Source: Neocallimastix sp. 'constans' (taxonomy: Eukaryota). From it: a stretch of 64,000 nt of DNA. Below the pieces are notes generated by a model. That model ran no database searches, was not told the origin of the DNA, and saw only the letters and a list, made by a program, of their open reading frames with translations. The DNA lies in assembly GCA_050613775.1 (NCBI GenBank), contig JBODTK010000013.1, positions 1,178,001 through 1,242,000 on the forward strand. The letters run 5' to 3'. This document shows positions 34,144 through 47,318 of the stretch, in pieces. Numbering within the stretch: the first letter of the stretch is position 1; each line of letters begins with the position of its first letter. Position numbers and translations under genes: made by a program.

Positions 34144-37100
34144 ATAGTAATAATCAATAAACAATAAATAATAATAATATATAATAAAAATATACCCTCT
34201 TAATTAATTAAAATAATAAATAATAATATACGTTATTGATTAATATTAATAAATAAAAATTTTATAATCAATTAAAATATATTAGTATTGTACTAATATA
34301 TATAACAAAAATAAATAATACTTAATACTACTAAATACATACATATACATATACATATTGTTTTTATGGATATTCCATATTTTATTATTATTAATAACTA
34401 TTTTTTTTTTTTTGATATTAATATTCTTTTTGATAATATTAATATTAATATTATATTTTATATATATTTAAATATTATTTAAATATTGTTTTAATGAAAA
34501 AAAATATTTATATACATTTTTTTTTCATAGTAAATTAAAATTAGTATTAATTATGGCAATACCATAAATTTACATAGAGATACATAGAATTACAGAAATT
34601 AGCTTATAATTTAATGCTACATATCATATAATTTTTAAGAAGAATAATTTTTTTTACTAATCATAATTAATTTTATTAATAATATGAAAAAAAAATTGTA
34701 ATAAAAGGTAATTATATATATATTAAACAATAAAATAACCAATTCCATACTATACACTATATATCACTTAATCATTATTATCATTATATGCTTTAAAGAG
34801 CTTATCTTTAAAATCAAAATGACATATTTTCAACTAATTTTTATTTTTATATTATTATCTTTAATTATAAAAAAAAAAGTACGTAAATATATTCTTTTAT
34901 GTATATTTAGATATCTTTATAATTAATAATGTATGGAAATACATAGTTTATTATAATTATTGAATAGTTTTTAATTTAATTAAACATTGTGAAATTATAA
35001 ATAAAATTAAATAAAATATTAAAAAAATTATATATAATATTATTAATACGGCACTATAAAGACGAGAGGATTGTTTAACCTCATGGTTAAATTATCATTA
35101 TTTCTTTTAAAAATGTATATATATATTTAAAAATATTCAAAAAAAAAAAAATATTCAATAAAAATAATGATAGTTGGTAAGATGAAAAAAATATATATAT
35201 ACCAATCAATTTAAATATATATATATATATTAATTTTTATACATATATATCAGTTTAAATATAAATATATATACATCAATTTTAATATCTTTAACGATTT
35301 AAATACATATAAAGTTTATTAGTTCATTACCATTTTATATAATTTATATATATTGAATTTAGTTATATATATATATCGATAGATAATTATACAAACATAA
35401 TAAAAATATTAATTTGTCATTTCATATAAATATCTGTTTATATATTTTGATAAGTATATTTAATAGTAATATTATAAAATTTGATAAATTTATATATATA
35501 TATTTTTTTTTATTATTATAAAAAAAAAATCATATAACATGTTTTTTTATTTTAGCATGTTTTCATATTATTATATATTAGTAATAATATAATAATCAAA
35601 AAATATATTTATTTTGTGTATAAAAAATATTTCTAAATTTAGATAATTTAATTAAGGAGAAAAAAAAAAGAAATATTTTTTTCTTATTACCTTGGAATAT
35701 ATCTATATATATTATTTTTTTTTAAATTAATTTTAAAAAATAATAATAATAATAATTAATTATTTTTTTTATTAAATTTTTATATTTTAGTTTAATGATA
35801 TAAAAATTAAATATAATACAGAAATAGCGCTGAAACTTTTTTTTTTTGTAGATAGCTATTTTTTTTTTTTTTTTATTTTTTTTATTTATTGTCAATATTA
35901 ATTTTTGTAATAAATTTATTTATTTCATCATATTTGTATTATAAATATTGTTATATTTAAATAAAATACTTCATCAATAGTGTGGTATTGAATATTATTT
36001 CTATACTTTTATGAATTTAATAATATTAATAAATATGAATAAATATGAATAAATAATTATACTTATTTTTTTAGTTATTATAATATTTAATTTTAAATAA
36101 ATAAAAATAAAAAAGTATCTGTCAAAAATAAAATATTTCAAAAATAAAATAAAAAAAAAAGAGTTTGGCGATTACTACTTTTTTTTGCTACAATGGAATG
36201 TTAATAATTATTAGCAAATTATAATTATATATTTAAAATTAATAGTCTTTATTAATAGAATGATATATATACTGACATTTTAACATAAAAGAAAATATAT
36301 ATATTATTTTTTTATTTTTTAAATATAAATACAATGTAATAATTTTTTTTTATAAATTGTAATTAATATTAAATGTTTATTTTTTTTAAATAAAATTATA
36401 TATTAGTTTTAATTAAAAATTTAATTATATTTTTTAATTATATTTTAAATTTCCTAATTTGTAAATGATTTTTCTAATTGTTTATAATCTAATTTCTAAT
36501 TTCAAAAAAATTTTTTTTTTAAACCAATAAAATTAATAAAATTTTAATTATATAGATTAATAAATTTTTTTTTTTTTTTTTTTTTTAAAAATCTATTCAT
36601 TATTATAATTATTATTAAAACAGAAAAATAAAAAGCTTTGAATGATAATATTATGTCTTTTCTTAATATACAATTTTTTTCCATATACGAAATTTTTATT
36701 ATAATTATTTAATGTATGCGAATATGAAATAATATTCATTTGTTAACTGTTCTTTTTACATATTATTACATATGCAATATGTATAAAAAATAATAAGAAT
36801 CAAACATTTTTTTTTAAAATAAATGTAATTAATTATATTTATTAAATTTATATAATTTTAAAAATTATATAGTTTTTTAAAATTGGTTAATTTTTATGAT
36901 ATATAATTTCATCATTATTATTGTTTTTTCTTTTTTCTTTAACATAGAAAGTTAAATAACCATTCTTTTTATATATATATATTATTGTTTTTATATTATT
37001 TAATAAAAAAATATATAAAATAGAATTATGGTTACAGTTATTTTAAATTTAATTTTTTATATATATATATATTTTTACAGATTAAACATTTAATCCTTTT

Positions 37101-40100
37101 TTTTTTTATTTATAATTATATAATTATATATTCGTTTTATTATTTAAATATTTTAAATATTTATCTATATTTAAGATGAATAAAATAAATAAATATGATT
37201 TTAAATTATAGTTTTTTTTTTTTTTTTTATCATTTATGCTTCTAATTAAAGGGTTTTTTTTAGTTATTTCATTTTAAAATTATTTGATATTCTTATTTAA
37301 AAATAAAAAAATAAAAAAGAAATGAATTATTAAATAAAATAAAATTAAAAGAAAAAAAAAACGTTGATGGTTTGTTGATCATTACATGATAATAATAAAG
37401 ATAACTTTATTCATCATATATATATATATATTTTTTTTTTAGTAATTTCTTGATAAACATATATAATAAATATGAAATTTTATTTAATATAATTTATTTA
37501 ATACGATAATAAAAATTATATTTTTAATGTATATTTTATATCTTTAATTCTGTTTTTTTTCTATTTTCTATTTTCTATTGTTTCTATTTTATTATTATTC
37601 AATTAATATTTATAATTTTTTTTTAAATATTTTAAATGTATGTATTTTTTATATTTATATGGTGGATTACCATTAATGGTAATAATTATTTATTAAAATA
37701 TCAATAAAATGATAAATAAATTAAATATGGGAATTATGGTTTAAAATTTTGTATTAGGTTTAATACAATTCACATTTATTACATATTTATTAAATTAAAT
37801 ATTATTTAAATACATATTGATATAAAGCCACATGTTTTATAAAATATTTATTAAATAAATTTATTTATTTCATGTATATCCTATTATTTTTAATTTAAAT
37901 ATTGATTTAAAAATAAATAGATTATAATTTGATATTAATTAAATAATAATTAATTTTTTCGCATAGTTAAATATATAATATATGTATATACATATATTGT
38001 ATATATATATTTCATTATGAATGTTATTTCAATTTAAATATTATTTAATTCATTATTTACTACGAACAACTTTTTTTCTCCTTAAAATCATATAATTTTA
38101 ATTACATTTTATTTGGTATTCTTAAAAATATTAAATAATTATTATTATAATTACATTTTTTTTTAATAATTATAATTATAATTAAAAAATAAGATATATA
38201 ATCAATCATAATAATAAAATTCTAAGATAATTTTTTTTTTTAAAAAAAATAAAAGTTTGATGATGATGAACAAATTAGGAATTTATTCATTAATTATTCA
38301 TGCTTTTATTAAACGTTTTTCTATATTTAATTAAAAAGATAATGTGAATTTATTTTATTTTATTTCATTTATTTGATAATGGAATACCGAAAAAAAAAAA
38401 ATTAATAAGATTAACTTTTATTTAAAAAATCAATTAAAGATAAGATTATAATGCATTCTAATATACGTATACCTTATAATATAATATAAAGTTATATATT
38501 ATAGCAATATATTAAATGACGTAAACCTTAGATAGAAATATTACATTCCAATCACATAATTATACCTATTATTAACCAATCAAAAATTAATTATTATGTA
38601 TATTTTATGTATTTAAATTAAAAATGTATTGAAGGATAATCTATTCTATACTAATTACACATCCTATTTATTAATAATATTAATAATTGAAGTATATCAT
38701 GTGATACATTAACATTAATTTATAGATAGACTATAATAAATAAATGAAAATATTTGTTCCACTTTAGAAAGTAATTAATCATGAATAATTATATAATTAA
38801 ATCAATATTTTGATAATAAAATAAAAATATTAAAAATTAAAATGAATTATTAATATTATTTATTAATATTATTAATATATATTTTTTGTTATGAAGTATA
38901 TAGATAATAAAATTTAAATTAGTGTTTGAAAATAAAAGAAATTATGATTAATTTCAATAATAATATTTTAAATGAAATATATAAACGAAAATGTGAAAAT
39001 TTAAATAATAAATAAATAAATAGATAAATAAATAAATAAATAAATAGATAAATAAATAAATAAATAAATAAATATCATATTAATAAATTAATGGAATAAT
39101 CTTTTTTAATATTTAATTATAATCAACTAAATGATTATTAAATTACTAAATTTTAATAATACTTCATTTTTGTTAATTTTTAGATTGAATGATTTTATAT
39201 TTCTGTATAATAATTTTTTATTCTAATTTTTATTAATGAATACATTATAATAAATAATAAATAAGAATAATAAAATAAATGAATAGATAATAAATAAAAA
39301 ATAATAAATTATAATAATAAATAATAATTATGATAATTATGATAATTATTACTATTTAATGAATTCTGTTATTATCAAATTATTTATATATAATTTATAT
39401 CTATATAATATATAAATATAATTATTAAATATTAATATATTTATAATAATAAATTAATATATGAAATCTATTAAAATATATATTTCTTTCATTATAAATG
39501 ATATTAAAATATTAATATAATATAATATAATTTTTTATTTTTTTTTTTTTTTTTTTTAAATTCAAATCCAAAATCCTAGAATAATAATTAAAAGTTTTTT
39601 TATTTTATTTTTTATTAATTTTTTAATTTTTTTTTCTTTTTTTTATAGTTTTATTTTTTTTTTCTTATTCCTGTTTTTAAATCTAAATAATAATATTTTA
39701 TTATTATTGTTATTTTTTTTTTTTTTAGAAATTAATAAAATAAAATTTAAAACAGAAAATAAAGGAAAAAGAAAAAGTATATAATAAAAATATAAAAAAT
39801 AAAAATAATTATACATATATATATAAATAAAAAATAAAGTAATAAAAAAATATATAAACTAAAAAATTTTTAAAATTTAAATTTAAATATTTTTAATTTT
39901 TTTTTTTTTTTTTTTTAAAGAAAATAATAGGAAAAAAAAAGTCCAGTATATATATTAAAACAGAAGAAAAGGAGAATTTTAAATAAATTTATCGATTTTA
40001 AATATTTTCTTTTTAATATTTTATATATATTCTTAATTGTAAATATCACTTATTTTTTTTTTTTTTTTTTTTTACTTTTTTTTATATATTATTTTAATTA

Positions 40101-40573
40101 TATATACATACATCATATTGAAAAGAAAAGAAGAGTAATCAAGAGAGAAAAAAAAATTAATGAAATCAATTAATTCAAAATATTCATAATATAAAATCAT
40201 ATTAAAAAAAAAAGTAATTAGTAATAATTAAAAAAAAAAAATTATAGTTTTTAATAAAAAAATTCAGGTTAATGAAAGATAAAATGATAATTTTTTTAGA
40301 TAACAGTTTTAACTAACAAAATATAAAAGGGAATAAAAAAGGAAAAAAGAAGTTATATACAAAAATAAAAACAAGAAAAAATATATATATATATATGTAT
40401 TAGTTTTTATTTTATTTAATTTTATTTTTTATCTATTTTTTTAAAATAAAAAAAATACAGAAGAATTTTATTTCAGGAATTAATAATATAAATGTTATCT
40501 ATTATATATTATATAAAATTATAGGTTTATTTATATATTTAATTTAATTTAAAATAAATAATCAAGATAGAAA

Positions 40574-43045
40574 ATGGAAAATACTACACAAACACCAGAA
40601 ACTACTTTTTTAAGGTCTGACGTTATGTCATTGGCCCAATTTTATATTCCTTCTGAAATCTCTAAGCAAACTGTGGGTGCTTTAGGTGAACTTGGATTAG
40701 TTCAATTTAGAGATTTGAATAAAGATGTTAACGCTTTCCAACGTGCCTTTGTTTCTGATATTCGTCACTACGATGAAGTCTCCCGTCAAATCCGTTTCTT
40801 AAAGAACCAAATTGAAAGGGAAGATATTAAAATTAAGAAATGTTCTGCTGAAGAATCTGGCGTTTCAAAGAGTCCAAAGGAACTTGAAGAATTAGAACAA
40901 AAAGTTTCTGAAACTGAAAAAGTTGTTCTTGAGTTAAATGAAAATCAACGTACCTTAGATAAACGTTATCTTGAACTCACAGAAATGAGACATGTTATTA
41001 AGGTCACTGATGAATTCTTTGAGAGTAGTAACGTAAAGAGTCTTCAGGAAAACAACTTAAATTCTGAAAGTACTACTGGTTTATTAAAGGAAGAAAGTAC
41101 CTCTAATGCTGCTGAATTAGAAGCAGGTAAAAAGTCTAATGTTTCCTTTGTTGCGGGTGTTATTCCAAGAGAAAAGGTTAACAGCTTTGAAAGACTTTTA
41201 TGGCGTATGCTTCGTGGTAACTTGTATATGAAGAATGCTGAAATTGAAGAACCAATTAAGGATCCAGAAACTAATGAATTAGTTGAAAAGAATGTTTTCA
41301 TTGTCTTTGTACACGGTCAAGTTTTATTAAATAAGATCAAGAAGTTATGTGAAAGTGTTGGTGCTACCATCTACCCAGTATCCGAGTCTGCTGAACAACG
41401 TAATGAAGAATCTATTGAAGTTTTAGCAAGAATTGAAGATTTAGATCAAGTATTGAACAACACCAGAGAGACTCGTTTAAACAAGTTGAAAGAAATTGCT
41501 CAAAATATTGATGCTTGGAATACTGTTATCCGTAAGGAAAAAGCTATTTACAATGTCATGAATTTATTAAAGACTGATAAGAATAGTATGATAGCTGAAG
41601 GTTGGGTGCCAACGAACAAGATTCCACAAATTCAACAATGTTTACGTGATGCTGCTGAAGCTACTGGATCAAATGTTACTCCAATTATGAATGAAGTTTC
41701 TTACAGGTCCGTTCCACCAACTTACAATGTTACCAACAAATTCACAAAGTGTTTCCAAAGTATTGTTGATTCTTATGGTGTTGCCAACTATAGAGAAATT
41801 AACCCAGCTCTCTACACCATTATTACTTTCCCATTCTTATTCGCAATTATGTTTGGTGATATTGGACATGGAGTCCTTATGTTTCTTGCTGCCTTAGCTA
41901 TGGTTATTTTTGAAAAGAAATTAGCTAACTACAAGAATGAAATCTTTGAAATGATCTACACTGGTCGTTATGTAATTTTACTTATGGGAGCTTTCTCTAT
42001 TTTTACTGGTTTAGTCTACAACGATTGCTTCTCAAAACCATTAAACATCTTTACTCAAAATACTTACAACTTCAGAGACACTGGTAATTACACTGAACCA
42101 GGTTTTGTTGAACAAGTTGGTACTGCAACCGATAGGGTTTATGCATTCGGTATGGATCCAGCTTGGGTAAGTGCTGAAAACAAATTAATTTTCCAAAATT
42201 CCTATAAGATGAAGATGTCTGTTGTTATTGGTGTTGCTCACATGCTTTTCGGTACTATTATTTCCTTCTTTAATTACTGGCACTTTAGATCCTTTGGTGA
42301 AATTTTAGTTGTTTTCCTTCCAGAACTTTTATATATGGGTTGTATTTTCGGTTATCTTGCTTTTGCCATTATTTATAAGTGGTGCACTCACTGGGAAGGT
42401 TCACAAGCTCCAGGATTAATGAATATGCTTATTTACATGTTCTTAAGTCCAGGAAGTGTTGATAAAGACGAAGAATTATATTCAAATCAAGCAACGGTAC
42501 AAGTCATTTTATTACTTATTGCTGTCATTTCTATTCCAGTCTTATTATTAGGTAGACCAATTCTTCAGAAGATAACAAATAAGAATAGAAATGTAGAGGG
42601 AGAATTACCAACTGCAAATGAAACTGTTGCCATCTCTGAACGTGACTACAAACCACCAGTTTGGTCCTTCTCTGAATCTTTCATTAATCAAGCTGTCCAT
42701 ACCATTGAATATTGTCTTTCAGGTATTTCTCACACTGCTTCTTATCTTCGTCTTTGGGCCTTATCTCTTGCTCACGGTCAATTGTCTGAAGTTTTATGGG
42801 ATATGTTATTAAACAATGTGCTTAAGTTAGATCTTAATGTTGTTCTTAAGGCTATTGCTTTATTCGCCATTATTGGAGCTTGGTTAGGTTTAACTGTTGC
42901 TATCTTATTAATTATGGAAGGTCTTTCTGCTTTCCTTCACGCTCTTCGTTTACACTGGGTTGAATTTAACAGTAAGTTCTATAAGGGTGAAGGTTACAAA
43001 TTTACACCATTCTCTTTCAGAAAGATTTTAAAGAAAAGTGAATAA
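40574..43045 (+). CDS. VPH1: V-type proton ATPase V0 subunit a (Vph1/Stv1 family), 823 aa, no introns in CDS
   Basis: FLRSDVM, LGELGLVQFRDLN, FERLLWR, AEGWVP, PPTYN.TNKFT, YREINP, FPFLFAIMFGDIGHG, NSYKMK, HTASYLRLWALSLAH (essential Arg), LHALRLHWVEF. Vph1 versus Stv1 isoform is not resolvable by eye. Confidence 0.97.
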   Translation: MENTTQTPETTFLRSDVMSLAQFYIPSEISKQTVGALGELGLVQFRDLNKDVNAFQRAFVSDIRHYDEVSRQIRFLKNQIEREDIKIKKCSAEESGVSKSPKELEELEQKVSETEKVVLELNENQRTLDKRYLELTEMRHVIKVTDEFFESSNVKSLQENNLNSESTTGLLKEESTSNAAELEAGKKSNVSFVAGVIPREKVNSFERLLWRMLRGNLYMKNAEIEEPIKDPETNELVEKNVFIVFVHGQVLLNKIKKLCESVGATIYPVSESAEQRNEESIEVLARIEDLDQVLNNTRETRLNKLKEIAQNIDAWNTVIRKEKAIYNVMNLLKTDKNSMIAEGWVPTNKIPQIQQCLRDAAEATGSNVTPIMNEVSYRSVPPTYNVTNKFTKCFQSIVDSYGVANYREINPALYTIITFPFLFAIMFGDIGHGVLMFLAALAMVIFEKKLANYKNEIFEMIYTGRYVILLMGAFSIFTGLVYNDCFSKPLNIFTQNTYNFRDTGNYTEPGFVEQVGTATDRVYAFGMDPAWVSAENKLIFQNSYKMKMSVVIGVAHMLFGTIISFFNYWHFRSFGEILVVFLPELLYMGCIFGYLAFAIIYKWCTHWEGSQAPGLMNMLIYMFLSPGSVDKDEELYSNQATVQVILLLIAVISIPVLLLGRPILQKITNKNRNVEGELPTANETVAISERDYKPPVWSFSESFINQAVHTIEYCLSGISHTASYLRLWALSLAHGQLSEVLWDMLLNNVLKLDLNVVLKAIALFAIIGAWLGLTVAILLIMEGLSAFLHALRLHWVEFNSKFYKGEGYKFTPFSFRKILKKSE

Positions 43046-43400
43046 GTAGGGTTTTTTTTTTCTTTTCTTAAAATAATAATTAAAAAAAAAAAAAAAAAAA
43101 ATACAAAAAAAGTAAAAAAGAAATGAAAAAAAAAAAAAAAATTAATTTAAGGGAAATCTATTATAATCAATAATTATTTAATTATATAATATTTATTATT
43201 TTTTATTTTTTTAAATAAACAATTTTTATATATATATATTTAATTTAGAAAGAATATATATATGTATATATATTATTTTTTATTTTTTATTTTTTTCTTA
43301 TACTTTTATTAATTTAAATTATTAACAATTTAAATTATAAACTAAAATTCTATTCTTTTTTTTTTTTTTTTATGATAAGTTATGATTATTATTTTATTTT

Positions 43401-43447
<47 letters not shown>

Positions 43448-44376
43448 TATATATATATTTATTTTTTCATATTATTAATTTATTATTAAAAAAAAAAAAA
43501 AAAAAAAAAAAAAGGGAAAGAAAATAGATAATGAAGTAAATAGAAATATAAATAAAAAAAATAGTGATAATAAAATAAAGAAAAGAAAAAATAAATATTT
43601 ATATAGTAATAATAAGTAATAATATATATATATATAAAAGTAAAATTATTTATTTATATATAAAAAATTTATATAATAAAATTTATAGAGTAAATAAAAC
43701 AAACAAATAAACAAAAAAAAAAAAAAAAAAAAAAAAAAGAAAAAATAAATCATTTTTGTTATTTTATTATTTTTTTTTACATTTTATTTTATTAATTATT
43801 TATTTTATTTATTTATTTATTTATTTATTTAAAATCTATAAGGAAATTAATCATTTAACAATTTATTTTGTTATATTTTGTTTTATTTTATCTTACCTTA
43901 TTTTATTTTATTTTATTTAATTATATCCATATTCTACTATTTTATTTTATTAAATTTTTGTACTTTAATTATATCCGTATTCTATTATTTTTATTATATT
44001 GTATATATACTTTTTTTTTTTCCAATATTAATCCATATATATTTATATATAGTAATATTAATATATAGTAGTATTATAATCATTATTTAAATTTTCTTTA
44101 ATAAAAATGTAATAATTTCTTAATTTTTTATTATTTTATTTTATTTTATTCGAGTATAATAATAACAATAATAATTGTTAACACACTTAAATTTATGATT
44201 AATAAATTTTAATGTTGTTTATTTATTTTTATTTATTAGGAATTAAACCTCTATTCTTATGTAAATATTACAGTGAGCATTTTATGTATTTAACAATTCA
44301 TCATTTGTGTCACATTAGATTCATGTATATCACGTGCATCAATAATTATTATATACATAATTTTAGGACAGTTATC

Positions 44377-44413
<37 letters not shown>

Positions 44414-46936
44414 GGGAGTATTGCATTTCGACATAATTTATGTTTGATCATTTATTCATGTATTACAATGTGGCTTATAAAAATAAATGAATAGGAATAG
44501 GGTTAAATTTATTTTTATTTTTATTTTTATTTTTATTTTTTTTTTTTTTTTAATTTTAAAAACATTTACAGTAAAAAAAATATATATATATATAATAAAG
44601 TAAATAAAAAATAAATAAAAAATAAAAAAAATAAAGAATAAAGTAAAATAAAAAATAAAAAAAAATAAATAAAAGTAAATTATAAAATATAAAATATATA
44701 AAAAAAAGTAAAATATAAAATAAAAAAAATAAATAATAAAGTAAAATATAAAATAAAAAATAAAAATAAAATAAAATAAAAAAAAAAAAAAAAAAAAAAA
44801 AAAAAGAATAAAATAAAATATAAGATAAAAAAAAAAATAGATTAAAACAAAAAAAATTAAAATATAAAAAATAAAACTTTTAATTTAAAATATTTATAAT
44901 AAATGGATGATCAATTAGAAATAAGTGAAACTAATAAAGAAAAAAACCAAATCATTGTAAATAGAAAATATAAATTTAATTTATGGTATATAACGAATAA
45001 TACAAAAATATTCCAATATACTAAATGTAAAACAGTTAAAAAATGTAAATCTTACATTATTCTAAATGATAATAATAAAGTAATAAAATATGAAAACAAA
45101 CATACTCATCCAGGAAAAGAATATGAAGCATCTGTATCAATAGTAAAACATAAAATGAAAAATGAAATAAGAAAAACCTCAATCCCATTTGATATAAATC
45201 CAAAACATATATAATGAAATATTTGAAGAAATTGGATTGATATGCCCTGAATATATTTCAATTAAATCCCAAATATCAAGATATATTAAAAAACAACTAC
45301 CTCCTGATATATATCAAAATTTAATGAAATTCCAGATAAATCTGAGTATTATATAAACGAAAGAGATGAAAATTTTATGATATACAAAAATTCTAATATT
45401 ATAATTTTTCAATCATCATTCCCCATTCCAAACAGAATTGTCTATAAAATACAACGAACATATATTTGCTGATGGTACATTTTATATTGCACCAATATTT
45501 GGTTATCAAGTTTGTTTCAGAAATAAATAGTTTTTATACTACATCACTATCTATATTAAATAATAAAGAACAAGCAACCTATGAATTGTTATTTGAAGAA
45601 TTAAAAAAGAATGAAAGTAATTATAATAATAATATTATAAGTAATTATAATAATAATATTATAAGTAATTATAATAATAATATTATAGTTATACCAAAAA
45701 TTTTGCTTTGTGATTTTGAAAAGAGTATATCCAATGCTTCTATTAAAATATTTCATAATATTACTATTAAATATTGTGTATGGCATTATAAAAGATTGTT
45801 TGAAGTTCAAAAAAATAAATTATGTTATAATGAAGTTGAAAATAATCATAAAATTTATTTGTTATATAAAGCTATTACAAATTTTCCTTTTATAAATCCT
45901 GAATATATATTTGATATTTATAATTATATTAAAATTATATGTCAAATATATAATAATTTCAATTTTTTAAATTTTTGGAATATTTTAATAAGACTTATTT
46001 ATATAAATATAATATTCAATATTGGAATTATTATAACGATGTAAACCACATAACAAATAATGCTTCAGAATCTTTTAACAATTACTTAAAAAAATTGTTT
46101 TACAAAAAACCTTCTTTCTATGAATTGATTTATCATTTAAAAAGAGAAGAATCTTTATCTTACAATAATTACAAAAGGAAAATTGAAGGAGTTTGGAAAA
46201 AAAAAAAAGAATATTAACAAAAACTGATGAAATTAATGATTTCATTAAAAAATACAAAAAAAAAGGAATCCGATTAATTGATAAAAAATGTGAAAAAATG
46301 ATATCATTGATTTATGGTATAAATGTTTAATAGAATTAAATACACTCTAAATATATGAATAATAATTAATTAGAATATATATAGTTTAAATTATATTTAT
46401 ATTAATATCAATATATTTTATTAATATCAATGTCAAAATATTTCATTAATATCAATATCAAAATATTTCATTAATATCAATATCAAAATATTTTATTAAT
46501 ATCAATATCAATATTTAAATTTTATTAATAATAAATATTTAATATTATAATAAATTTTATTTTATTATTTAATTAATTTAATAATAAAATATATAATTTT
46601 TTTTATTTTATTTGAATAAAATAAAATGGAAAGGTTTTATTATTAAAATATTTAATAATAAAATATAATAATAAAATAAAATTAAAAAAAAATAAAAATA
46701 AAATAGAATTCTCAACAGAAAATTTATTCTTTTTTTGTTTTTATTTTATTTTTTTAATGCTAAAATACATTTATTCATTTATTTATTCTTTTTTTTGTTT
46801 TTATTTTATTTTTTTAATGATAAAAAACAATAAATAAAAATATAAATTGAAAATAGTGGCGTATTACATATATTATACACATTGTACAAAATTTTATGAT
46901 GATTATACATAAATTATGTCGAAATGCTTCACATTC
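44414..46936 (+). mobile_element. Mutator-like DNA transposon (MULE) with TIRs, inside an (AAT)n tract
   Basis: Perfect 21-bp inverted core GCATTTCGACATAATTTATGT (44423-44443) / ACATAAATTATGTCGAAATGC (46907-46927). Outer ends approximate. Confidence 0.85.
44903..46350 (+). pseudogene. MULE transposase pseudogene (N-terminal Cys/His zinc-finger-like region + DDE domain)
   Basis: KCKTVKKCKS...HTH, FADGTFYIAP, CDFEKSISNA, IKYCVWHY (CxxH), TNNASESFNN; stop at 45214 and frameshifts. Confidence 0.88.
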
Positions 46937-47318
46937 ATAATAATAATAATAATAATAATAATTATTAAAGAAATTTATTTAATTATTAATTATTCATACA
47001 TTTATTTATTTATTATAAAATATTATATTGACGAAAGTCGCGAATTTTCGTCTAAAGAATAAACAAATATTTTTATATAAACTATATTATTATTTCACGT
47101 GAATAAACAAGAATAAAGAGATTACTTACATGCGCATGATAAATTTAATGATTTACATTTAATTATGTATTAACATAAATAATGTTAATTTACATTTTAA
47201 GTTTAGTTTTTACATAAATATTTATGATTTATATTTTCTATTATTTAATTATAAACTTAAATTGTTAAGTTTATTTATTTATATTATTTAATACTTTAAC
47301 ACTGTACTCCCCCTCAAA

